From: Monocercomonoides exilis PA203 | Taxonomy: Eukaryota; Protista; Preaxostyla | NCBI GenBank assembly: GCA_001643675.2 | Contig: LSRY02000005.1 | Coordinates: 1,736,001 to 1,800,000, forward strand | Reading direction: 5' to 3' | Length of the DNA stretch: 64,000 bases | Program-made: the position numbers and the translations under genes | Shown: positions 29,501 through 37,442 of the stretch, piece after piece | How the letters are laid out: each line of letters opens with the position of its first letter | How positions within the stretch are numbered: position 1 is the first letter of the stretch | The notes under the pieces: generated by a model | Databases searched by the model: none | Told to the model about the DNA's origin: nothing | Seen by the model: the letters and a program-made list of their open reading frames with translations, nothing else

Positions 29501-29532
29501 GTACAAGAAATTATAAACATTTCGTTGTGCAT
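17551..29532 (-). CDS. Giant type-I membrane protein: pectin-lyase-like/Pmp-like beta-helix ectodomain, TM helix, cytoplasmic pseudokinase remnant
   Basis: 3993-aa ORF with many GGA(I/L)/GGG repeats and 8 modules beginning (Y/H)V..G.D...CG....PC.T. TM WGVTAFICCVVVLFILAFMFVAVIVLL at ~18449-18529. C-terminal RWKAPE..VFTLGLMLHEMTTGEVP..RP..MW..EPKERTSL. True start uncertain. Confidence 0.85.
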   Translation of the reverse strand: MHNEMFIISCTCFIKLIITMSDITNNELNVLEGRTFCHMHYIDYLHRKIINDSQIKTKCVYKKFLIFDGKRQDVKSTIRCLIGAWNSSVAMHKMEVVGSEKGKGIDVGRNSFLHFAHVEMIVECADESPIMCVRGRILLENTSLKIEGEEKTMPPMFHFESWSRSENELGEAKIRACSFESFCLLGSSPFIVSPALGNAEVIGSRFTNITVGGQWMFVDGGQYNCKTWLECVEFMRVEDVLDGAIVPPLSIPSSSVVSRNCTYQGNIRHPNKYDIYKGSEGRRVLDGSASFEDDTFEGCRTDSGLGGALSVKSSLVLLNITRCNFTGCYAQEGGGAVDASNSKGAMVIETFFLNNTANVFGGSYVMVGNNGCSLTRKCLFKNSQVNEKGQGSAICSSVYPIDSQTSFIGEDDGNGGQAQIMDCQFVKCTNKGKYGCIMSWSHSQHYALRSCQFIKCTAAQHGGAIRHHFVKCPGDQTNWKAFFFLFFHDCSCTNSEKPLGHDVLLTASYPDVNLTSTPFKESYSTNLNEKRFYWEVTGKYEKDWLPTTKKLFTSCFVSTNGNDGDELCGLSDESGCRTISHSLGKCMTQFESRIFLGRGTHTSEAGEISTRNRELSVCGEGVEETVVSTSSMTNGDSLFSVTSGRVFVSLFTIEHSHAKHEMRLFVVRGSGSVELKRMRMQPSNGHSSLNALGASLIVSEAGEGKVGMEQVEIGNFVLEDAPIVGVEGKWKVTMSYTTFTNIERLMGDGSVISKSVAEGEELLMNNVTMQGCRCESGDGGGMAVRMESGACVRVGNESEMLFGGCEAREVQSSGGGCGGGMMIDVKEGGFDFVIEKVSFAGCVATKAGSKLFVRAPQMAEVAKREKLKFAIDESNLSEVCGYENGDEVNVIPLVVYLRSKQSEYHVGGLNKRDWEMCGFGDVQCASVDYAIRKHGTGAGITVVANSGAVVKGEVELMNGVVAVKGQASPPRVVIESRESGRAEGVITTAGATTSIVNLVISLPASVGEGRSVIACRSGSVDVRQCNFEGGEGERIGYVVMQCSGGKMSVQQVEASGLSFGGSCMVCVSNNGEGLISQTNISGGSVECENGLVYYASSGKLVVEQTKFEEIACSLSGIVVGRGGSDLEMEKCTFSGIESTAGNGSGVRCVIGDGESVVIGNSSFSGCCVEKGCGGGTHVEIGEGGYFRMGRIEKETLVEKCRSSLSEGVGGCGGGMFLKMKRNSGSKGWNYEVFGVVFGTGVGKNEAARGGDNIFVEAGDLSEAVGSEEFVGVITTDKGRVREAMGFEGGDESFLIPLMFFMVEVEGIAGYVGGVNERDFSGCGFEEYGCATIVKLVGLRFANSEKKIIVNDGFSWSEKVEMSGQNWELKGVERGTNVNVVWGDAGVGNWMICTTTETQMANCTFGVLVKSEGVGSLIECVGGDLEMVLCVMRLSCEEGLDGVNGGLLKVEGGGVALDEFVVEGNGEIGFMGVPIEIGGGGKMKVNNSVFGCAWHRGGDGGCIGVESGTGQLRDVHVENCTIKGKCGGVNGLRGGGMIVKQGEGAEVVIDGTMFEGCEVPEGEGGEGGEGRGLGGGVYLLCSDGVSGFEFKGLEFEGCKAWKGKNVFVEGRNLSVIVSGDSLNFENGGMEIGDLMGYERCSTGSAFGIPLGAYLDQFGGAAYVGGDSDWGYDHSGCGMAYAPCRTIEQALKVRFGGVVGSGEVVAMESFELKDHVVLELQGVKLKGVVEGGETSVFVRDDGTGEGEGLLETRVSVFVKNISFAVPNEFLAARWECLFSCKGEELKLENCQVEQVNGQLKMKYSLIKASGGKVVVDGLKMANMNTGGFELFELCREEGVFGGLEMENVVSEAESGLIGVREGSALRVENSTVKGTTMDDGSVVVFEERASVVAKNISVEGKTRKSGNGSVFAGRVGEGQKVEVKESTFVQDMCMGNPSCGGCVFVSVAGKGEFAFDSNRVERCAVVGTAGYGGGVFVELEDREAKYSLREDVFEGNAAAKGLDVFVVCGEPEVMLREDLWMGTVDEESTPEVNVWVMDSVTDTVINLSVKKYLFPVEGAIVYVEAGRSTAADSCGSEISPCDRFIDGFTNMGDEKTTIQMNNGNWMDNVIDRKGKSLAVRGKSAGCSLEVREHGCFRQSIGDSQTTLTLSLLDFRLPKVASAEVDGLISASVGVMLVMNCVFGAGSGTDAGGEEVGADARWETGMRIVRETGGEVRMNQVTVKDVNFGVDGGFVRMEGGMLIMNNTNISNVGGTGNGLIEGSGEAEFGMHKGCVEEVDVADGGVVWMENVRSVEISEGSTFNGCRSTHGNGGGMHCKVSEGSSLCITDGVFTRCCVNGESGRGGGIYLNVASTRMGDMNFDGLEFAENAGACGRDVFVECEDLNKTATRSRFRFEVKNGEGEVIVDMKGVDLVRFVEEAVDLVVFLVEHKWGEVHVREGGCDIIGCGNEKMPCETYWRGVKNADCETVEGAKIFVKGKMRVADWFDVSGIRTVCNGVGTGAVTRCVMEIGEEISGGDGKCAFENRERAGFEGVEFVLPEMFASGQEVVLLSETEDGALSMKDCIFQFGSGSVMGYGVMKAIGGRVELVGCSIEKATFSGSAFEFRSSVMIEDCTMKKVKAPEEKEGGGMKMIVKGEQTLMLKNTTAEECECSVAFGRGGFLFVDCSGSLTDQSFELKEVSFKLNSAKVGEHMFVLARDLNKTVTTTSFGFNYQGMKENGNGLVGSDESRNETDLLRYVVGYKSRKIHVSSEGQDVMRCGNADDPCETLWKGMEQVERTEEMKEIVVGGEVRVEDDWTMKNMDVSGEGGGGEEEDVKDELVFSEKGGESVLSEDPFITFAGTLCVRRMKMVVGGSGGVEKKGVLSGSGTLLQMERCVVGGVGSGGELCGSVVVVEAGELVVKDVRFERMKVKGCVMMVFEGVSCNLMEVRMSSQEYHEGCAISIVSSSMNDIGRLGNAGGMSGTSVTVNGSTFVMAEREDDGPCVVKSVCGGSVKVVVNESAFESCKAGESKKGGVVEFRLNEGAEFRMKGGKIVQSSCSTTQGRGGGVYLGTELGGDLNFAFEKVSLSGNDAFVGRDIFVECVNISRQINESQFKMDLRQEVYIQGNAIYGMDKRSETPVNLMDLITVYQAATIVVSSVLGKGGRNWRKCGTVEQPCLTLGYGLDHVVAEFNSMLAVDGESEVEMEIDILSMVVRSKSWEMASLKIGSGICCTREYMIGIRGSTAVELVEFKMPRIFTTPHTSLFWMEEGNVMFDRVRFYSLETDGYKASAPILMECASGKLEMSRCDIDDVCGECLLRCGGAVSMRQLSIGNVECTGGGIVVRKGNMVIDELKADEMRMEKGSAVVVEEAAGGDEAYVVQMSRAVFVNISSAGERAAAVTSRCEGAKLELSNCSFEMCQSSREKGSVIGAWKSREFVLDGCNIDGNETESTLKVNADAAEEICRWNGSVADISESEGKVRYTTIWNAHDGALSVSGGEVTIEKGELLNNNPSITKYPSVRRNIICSGSGTLDVKSLKGGDGIKDGSSLWILNDGCAMSGIGSERESVLFIPTLRSVETEEKEGTLNIVFRGTLLLPCNLSFMVEKRIKEEKEIVKYSFLEEGYVSEAEVKGIVEKELISSCGEETEVSVCILFGGTNNPSSTDSFILKNKSKSTSNGEGNITEGSGKSEWGVTAFICCVVVLFILAFMFVAVIVLLRKKLREAEKKVEQEKLKNEVITEDTERRRENDGRSFEMSEIPSTLLEGMTSQIPLLIDNDEKDLPEPPSMNDEIPNENDLPDLETSLPFPEDDSPFGALQLHSFKVISAKKPFREKEKKNIKTLHSVIHNVQGDFTLGTRAMDVIDGKEVVKAVAELFEHLISVDDERVEMMGKQLCPYSIFVEEGNNEIFVLTEELEDEKEKEEMKRWKAPEEGNEEDGIEKRVVFTLGLMLHEMTTGEVPLSECDAEEAWEMMRDGVRPLTEGIEGEDMVELMEKMWVDEPKERTSLNEVMNLLKN

Positions 29533-29676
29533 CGCTGAAAATTTTATCTTTTTTCTATTTTGATCTTAATATTATTTATTTATTAATGAGCCATTATTTA
29601 TTGTTGATTAAATTTTTGTTTTCATAAAAAAAGCTGTCAAAAAAGTCCATAATTACATTGAAAATAATCACGTTTG

Positions 29677-29784
<108 letters not shown>

Positions 29785-30357
29785 TTGTGCAAGAACATTT
29801 TTGTTTTCATTATTTCACCATTTTTCATCGCTTTCAATCACATTGCAATTATGTCCATGAATGGGGCATAATTGTTTGTTTCATGAAAATAATCATCAAT
29901 TTTTTTTATTCACGAACCGCATTCATTAATTGATGTGAATGTCATTTTAATGGGGAAAAATCAATGAATGTTTATCCAATTTATTTTTGGTTCTTCATTT
30001 CAAGAAAGTATTCAATATTTTTGAGAAAATAACTGAAACAAATTTTCAAAAAATGAAAAAATATCAATTTGTTAATGTTAAAATGCGAATATTCAGAAAA
30101 GACATGTTTTTCCATATTCTTAGTTGCAATAGAAGTTATAACTTTATTTGTTTGCAATTTTAGAAAGTCACGTGTTGAAGAAATTGAAAAATAAGTGGAA
30201 TTTTGAGATTGAATGTTGGCACTGAATGAAATAGCACAACCTCTGACGTTTTTATGGAACTATTTTCCACTTTTTTTCCAATGATGTTTCTGTATCTTAT
30301 TTCTGAGCATGTTTATGTAAATATCTGTTTGCACTTTTGATTTGTGTATTTGTCCCA

Positions 30358-31577
30358 CACCATTTATTATTCGAAATTATAAAACTAATTACAGTCAAAA
30401 CCGGATATAATCACATCGGTTTTTGCAGGACTTTTTGTGACAATATCCGATTGTGATTATAAGCGATGTGACTTAACACAGAAAAAAATGAAATTTTATT
30501 TTAGAAATAAATAATTTTGGGTCAATTTTTTTATTTTTGAAAAAACTTGACAAATACACATTTTTCAATAGAAATAACAATTTTTATTGTTTTATTATGT
30601 TATTCAGACTTATTTTAACATTATTTTGAAAAATCGATTTTTAGAAAATTTTGATCAAAAAACCGATTTTTCATTGAAAAAATCACCCATTATAATTTTA
30701 AGTGTGATTATATATTTTCATCCCTGTGATTATATTCGATGGAAAATGAATGAAAAATAGGCCAAAAATGTCGGTGCATGGAAAAATGTGACTATAAACG
30801 AATGTGATTGTATTCGATGTGATTATATCCGGTTTTGACTGTATTCGATTTTGGAAAAACTTCTTATTCAAAATTAATAAAATTCAGTATTTTTTATAGA
30901 AAATTTTTTTGATATAATATGATCACTGGGTGAGTGTCAGAAAGTGATTAAAATGTTTTGTTTTTTCATTCTTCCTAAAAAGGATGAAAAATTGAACCCC
31001 GATTATTATTATTTGGGAATATATTTGAAAATTTTTGATTATTCAGAAAAAAATCATCGCCATGGAAATCGGATAATTTTCAAATGAATTAACATCACAT
31101 TGTTTGACAACACATCATTCAATCAAGAAAAGTTTTTTGCATCAATTTGACAAACATGTAACAAGAATTTTTTATTATTGAATAAATATATTAATGCACT
31201 TTCAGAATTTTTCATTTGTTTTTATTGATATTCTAACTATATTGATTACGAATAATTTATTTTGATTGAATGATGTGTTGTCAAACAATGTGATGTTAAT
31301 TCATTTGAAAATTATCCGATTTCCATGGCGATGATTTTTTTCTGAATAATCAAAAATTTTCAAATATATTCCCAAATAATAATAATCGGGGTTCAATTTT
31401 TCATCCTTTTTAGGAAGAATGAAAAAACAAAACATTTTAATCACTTTCTGACACTCACCCAGTGATCATATTATATCAAAAAAATTTTCTATAAAAAATA
31501 CTGAATTTTATTAATTTTGAATAAGAAGTTTTCCAAAATCGAATAATTAGTTTAATAATTTCGAATAATAAATGGTG
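30358..31577. mobile_element. Non-autonomous long-TIR (foldback-like) element with ~316-bp inverted arms and a 135-bp spacer; left arm interrupted by a MITE
   Basis: Left arm 30358-30391 + 30844-31126 is the near-perfect reverse complement of 31262-31577. Termini CACCATTTATTATTCGAAATT...AATTTCGAATAATAAATGGTG, with TA on the right and CA on the left. Confidence 0.88.
30392..30841. mobile_element. 450-bp Tc1/mariner(pogo)-type MITE
   Basis: Perfect 27-bp TIRs CAGTCAAAACCGGATATAATCACATCG (30392-30418 / 30815-30841); TA target-site duplication at 30390-30391 and 30842-30843; no ORF; internal TGTGA(T/C)TATA-like repeats. Confidence 0.93.
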
Positions 31578-31908
31578 TATTAATTTCTTCGAGTTGACTT
31601 GCTTTTTAATTGAACAAACATCAAGCAAGCAAAACAAATTGTTCAATATCTTTTTATTTGTACAACAGACAAAAAGTCATTTAAGATTGATTTCCAAAAA
31701 AGAAAAAAAAGAAACAAAAAGTCAAGAGCTCAATATTAATATCTTTTTCCTTTTTTTAATTTTTTTGTTTTATCACATATTAAAAAAAATGACAAAAATC
31801 GAAAAAACCTTCATATTTTTGAAAATCTTTGTATATACATTAAATAGAAGTTTTCATATTCTGATTCATTGTTTGTGATTTTCATCATTTCCACATGCAT
31901 AAATACAG

Positions 31909-31941
<33 letters not shown>
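31909..31941 (+). repeat. Poly(A) tract, 33 nt
   Basis: Direct count. Confidence 0.9.
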
Positions 31942-31943
<2 letters not shown>

Positions 31944-32105
31944 CCATTGGAAAACATATGATAGAAGAGAATGTTTTGTTAACACTTCGCAAAGGAATGG
32001 ATTAATAATGAATAGAAAGTTAATTTTCCATTTTCAAAAAACTGAAAATTGCTTTAAAAAATAATAGTATGGGTACAGGAGGATGGATTTTTTTTTTGTT
32101 CATAA

Positions 32106-32957
32106 ATGATTGAAATACAACCATTTACACCTCCGGATTATACTCACGCATTTGACAGGTTAGAGACATTATTGCATAAACATATATATTTTTAATTCTC
32201 ACCATAGTTGCTCAATTGAACAACTTCAAAATTTTTCTAAGGAATTTAAAACTTATGACCGTTTTGTTTGCACATCCGCGAGTCTTAGAAAAGTTGAAGA
32301 ACAACTTTGTACTCTGAGACAAGAATTTAAGTCAATTTTTGGTTTTCTCTAATATTCAAATTGGTATTTTAACTTTTTTGAAAGAACAAGTTGAGGACAA
32401 AAGGATGGAACTTGCGGAAATGGAGTCAAGGATAACAACAAAAAAAGGTGAATATCACGAAAAACTGGAAGAATTTTACACGCTTTCAGAAGAATTAAAA
32501 TTGAGAGTCCAAGTTTGAACAAATATTTTTTTTTACTCACAAATGAGAAATGCTAACATTCATATTTTTTTTATTATATTTATATTTTAATATCATAGAA
32601 CTTGAAGGAGAATTCATTAGAATTACGTCTCAAAGACGAAATTAACCGATGCGAATTACAAACAAAAGATATCATTTCACCAGAGGAAAATGCAACTCAA
32701 TTTCAGAAAGTTTGAGATTTGAATTAAATGTACATTCTTTTTTGCATTCTTTTCTTTCTTTCTTTCTTTCTTTCTTTTCTTTCTTTATATTGCATTTTTC
32801 GTTATTTCAAATGTTTTTATTTTAACTTTAGGATATTGAACAAATGTTCATTTCACAACGTAAACTGAATTTGTTGAAATCTTTACAGGAATATTTACAA
32901 CAACATCAAGCGACCTTAAGCGAAGAGAATTCAGTTGAATTAGATAATTTCATCTAA
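32106..32957 (+). CDS. 5-exon, 183-aa coiled-coil protein; putative ESCRT-I subunit VPS37 (Mod_r domain)-like
   Basis: Exons 32106-32158, 32208-32341, 32385-32512, 32599-32709, 32832-32957; all GT-AG, 552 nt in frame. Product: MIEIQPFTPPDYTHAFDSCSIEQLQNF..YDRFV..coiled coil..NLKENSLELRLKDEI..FISQRKLNLLK. The gene model is more secure than the family call. Confidence 0.65.
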
Positions 32958-33137
32958 ACAAATTTCATTTTATTTGAAATATATTGATTTTTGTGGCTAT
33001 TTGGGATATTTTTCTTTAAAGTATAATTTAATATTAAAAATAGCGAATTTGTATTCTAATTTCTTGTTTTGGTCACATATTAACCAATTGAAAAAGATCG
33101 GAATTATTATTATAAAAATATTTTGATAACTTTTTGA

Positions 33138-36100
33138 ATGGCATTTTTTTCTTCAAAGAAGTTATCAACAATTGGAGAGGAATGGAAAGATAGTCCCGCA
33201 AAGGACCCTCCAATTTCTGTTGTGTTAAAAGAACATCTTGGGAAAGGAGGAGGAGGAGAGAGGTATTTCCTTGAGATTCCAATACTTTTAATTTTTTGTG
33301 AATTATCCAAAAACATTTAAATTTTAAAAGTTATAAAACAATTCAAGTTGAAGCAAATGATTATTTGCTTCAAGGAGATTGGCAGAGAACAATTGAATCT
33401 TGTTTTAAATGCAGAAAAAAAATAATATCTTCTCTTGGTCCTCAAAGCCCAGAATTAATTTATGTCTACATAATGCTTTGCGAAGCATATACGTCCAGGC
33501 AGCAATATGGCGAAGCTTTTGAAGCTATTAAAAAAGCTGGTGCTTTGCTTGAAGGGTGCCCAGGAATAACTGATGGTCATATTTATCGAGTGTATTATTT
33601 ACGAGATTTAGGAAATTTACTTCGCATTCAAGGTAAAATTGAAGAAGCACTGCCATATTTTCAACGAGTTTGTTTTTATTAACATTGCGTTTTGTTCAAT
33701 ATTTGTGCTTCCATCTTTCCTTTTCTTTTATAGGTGGCTGAAACAAGACGAATTTATCAGGGAGATCGTCATCCAGATACTGCACTTGCATTGGTTGACC
33801 TTGGAGTAACGTTAAAGGTTTCTTTTTATTGTATTAACACTATTTATGAAGTTATTTATTTAATGATTCAAGATGATGAAACAGTATACTCGTGCACTTC
33901 AAATGTTTGCATATGCTTTATCCGTTCATGAAGATGTTTGCTTTTTTGATCATTTTTTCTTTAACTGACTTTGTTTGACAACGTTCATTTCATCATTGAA
34001 AAAAATAAAATCTGTGTTTTGTGCTCTCGAATACTTCATTTTCAAAGTGCTACGGATCGGATAGTATGTATGTTGGATCTAATTTACTCCATCAGGGAGG
34101 AGTTTATCTGTGCACGGGAAGATGGAAAGAGGCAGAGCAGACACTAAAACAGGGAGTGAAGATTTTAAAGGCGAATGGAATGTCAGAGCACCCTGATATC
34201 GCTGCAGCTGAATGCAATTTGGGGATTGCCATAGGAAAGCTCGAAAGATGGGAAGAGGTTTGCAAGAATGGTGTAAACAAGGATTGATAATAGAGTGAAA
34301 GAAAGAAACAAGGATTGAGTAATTTCAAATTCTTTGAATTCAGAATTGCCAGATTAACTTATTTGTAATGCATAAAATCATTATTTCTCTTGATGATTAC
34401 AGTCACTTGCTCATTTTGAGCGGGCGCGAGTGCTTCGAGAGAAGCAGAGGGGCATGACACATCCAGAGACGGCCGAGATTTACATTCACATTGCGCGTCA
34501 GCTGCAATCACAAGGGAGAAACGACGAGGCTGAGCAACATTTGAATCGCGCAATGGCAATTTTGGAAATGTCAATAGCGTCCACTGCACAGCAGCTGGAT
34601 AAAAAAAGAGATCAAACAGAGATAGAGCGAATAAATCAGCCTTTGGATGCGACTGTGACTTCATCGATACAAGGCAATACATCCAGATCGCGATCACCTT
34701 CTATATCACCAACTCGCACATCGATGAGCTCCTCTCAATCACCAAGAAGGTCAATCTCTTCAAATAAGACAGAATCATCTCTGCGTTTTGGAGCATTGAT
34801 CCCTCCGGGATTTGAGGAGGCCTTTGCCATTGCTCTGAGATTTATTCAGCGGGGAAAGCCGTCTCTTTCTCATTTAAAGACGCTTCTTCAGTCAACCACG
34901 TATACTCCTTCAGCCACGTACTCTCCTCGGTCAACAACGCCATACGCAAGAGGAGGTGCCAGCACCCCTTTAACTCCTGGATCTTCGCCTCGTTCCCGCC
35001 GTTTATCAATCTCTTCGCCTCTGTCATCTCCTTCTCCTTCACGCACTTCGTCAATCTCCTTCAGCCCGTCACAAGAGCGTGAGACAGCAGACGAGTTTGG
35101 GCAGGATTTCCGCTTTGTACAGATGCCACTGCTTCAGCTTCCTGATGAGAAGACAAGCAGAGGAAGAAGCGGTGAAGGTGGAATGACAACAGAGAGAAGC
35201 GGTAAAGGAGAGAAGAGAGGAAGCAGAGATAGAAGCAAAGACGGGAGAGGAGAATATGCAACTGCAAATGATAAAGACAGTGAAGCAAAGAAGATAGTTG
35301 AGATGGCATCAAGCTCTGACGATGGGACACGAACAGTAACACCTTCAGTTTTGACTGGGATAGCTGAATGCCAAATGCTGATTGGTCAGATTCTCATCTC
35401 GAAAAAGATGTTCGACCAAGCAAGACTCCATTTCAAGGAGGTGTGATTTTATTTTTTTTTTGTCAAATGTTTGCTAAAACTGTATTTGAAATACACTGTT
35501 TCATAATTTGTACCGTTATTTTACACAAATTTATGTTTTAACCTTTTTCTTTGCGAAAATTTATTTCTTCAATCTGAACATATCAATTCCCCCTTTCCCA
35601 TATGACTGTAATTCTTCTAACTTTTATAGGCCAAAGAACTATTCCAAGTCATGCCTGGGCATGCTGATGATGTGAAAGAGATTGACACAAGGATCGCAAA
35701 TGCATTCTTGACAGAAGGTGAATCTGGAGACGCATTGGCGATATTCGAGAATTTATTGAGTCAAATGGAAGCGAAGAAGAAAAAGAAGAGGGAATTGAAG
35801 AGAAGGGAAAGAGAAAAGAGGGAGAGGGAAAGATGGAGAGAAAGGGAGAGGACGGACAATGACAATTATTATGAAGAAGATGAAGATGAAGACGATGAGT
35901 CAACGTTAAATGAAGCGGCTGTTTTGAATGGAATTGGAAATGCACACAGGCAACGAGGTAATTATGAAGATGCGCTGAAGTTTTATGAGCGTTCATTAGC
36001 AATATATGAGAGAATTGGTGGCACAAACGATGCAAGGTTTGCTTTTCTTTTGCTTAATAGAACTTCTTTCTTTCTTTTTTATCAAATTTTATTTTGCTCT

Positions 36101-36455
36101 TTTTCTTTCGTTTTTTTAAACAAATAGCACTGCGATTGTTCACATGAACATGGGAAACACATATTTAATTCTTGGTTCAGTGTCACAGGCTCTTCAGCAT
36201 TTCTTATCAGCAAAGGGAATAAGAGAAAGGCTTTTTGGCGCTGTGCATTTGCAGACAGCGTCTTCGTTAACGGCACTTGGTGCGGCTCATTTGGCACTCG
36301 ACCAATACGACGAGGCTATTGGCGATTATTCTGCAGCAGCTGATACTTTGGAGGTGCTGAAGGGATCAGAAGATGAGCAGGTACTTTCAATTAGGCATAC
36401 GATAGCTGAGATTATTAAAGAAAGACACAAATTTAAATCTATGCAATCAACTTGA
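33138..36455 (+). CDS. Kinesin-light-chain/NPHP3-type TPR protein, 8 exons, ~863 aa
   Basis: Exons 33138-33262, 33331-33667, 33734-33817, 33873-33935, 34048-34257, 34403-35440, 35630-36036, 36128-36455; total 2592 nt in frame. TPR motifs HPDTALALVDLG, HPDIAAAECNLG, HPETAEIY, VLNGIGNAHRQRGNYEDALKFYERSLAI, HLQTASSLTALG. Confidence 0.85.
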
Positions 36456-37442
36456 AAAAGAAGTTTTTTAATTTAATTTTTTCAAAAAATAAACGAATAT
36501 TAATGAAAATGAAACTAATTTTTGCTATATTATCAAAGTTAAAATGATAAAAAGCTAACTAAATTAATGTTGTTATAAAAAGTCTTTTCACATGTTTCCC
36601 CTCCTCTTAAGCTTCAATGTTTTCATCGATTTTATTGGAATATGCACAGCTTTCACAAAATTATTTTTTGAAAAGATTCTTTCGATAAAATTCGCAATAT
36701 CAAAGATAATCTAATGGAATATTATAATTTTATGATTTTTATCAAAAACACCAAAAAAATAGAAACGATAACACGTGATGTGCAGAATAAATAAATAAAA
36801 TGAATTCCCTAATTGAAAAATAAAACAAATGAAAAATAAAACATTTTCAACAAAACAAAACGAAAAAAAAAGATAAAGCTTGAGAAATAATAGAACAAAA
36901 GGGGCACATAAATAATGGAAGTGAAATTTATGAAAGAGCTCAGGATTTTTCTTTTTATTGTGCACGTACCGTAAGAAAGGATTCCTTTTCATTGCTGGAA
37001 AGGAGAAGAAAAATATGAATTCGTTTGACTTGAAAATAAAATAAAAAAATAGAAAAAATATCAAAGAAACAAACAAAACATGTGGGGGGAGAAAGGAAAA
37101 GATATAAAAACATAACAAATAAATGTATTGATGAGAATCAGAAAATAGACACAGAGAACACAAGTTAACTGAAAAAGATATCAAAATGGCAAGTTAAAGG
37201 GGGAAAAAATAAAAACAAATAAATAAAATGCAAAGAAAATTATTATTTTTATCATTAAACACAACAATATCGATTCAGTGATGTGAAATAAGGAAATAAC
37301 GCAATCAAGCACATAGTATTTTTTTTAAATGACCAACTGTTCAAAAGATCTTGATCATTACACAAATAACATTTGATGAAGGAAAGATTAGCTTTGTAAG
37401 TAACAAGAATATACAAATCCAATGCATCACAAATTTTCTGTT

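Noticed and set aside
31909-31941. Poly(A) as a retroposon tail
   Set aside because: No TSD or recognisable body; A/T runs are common here.
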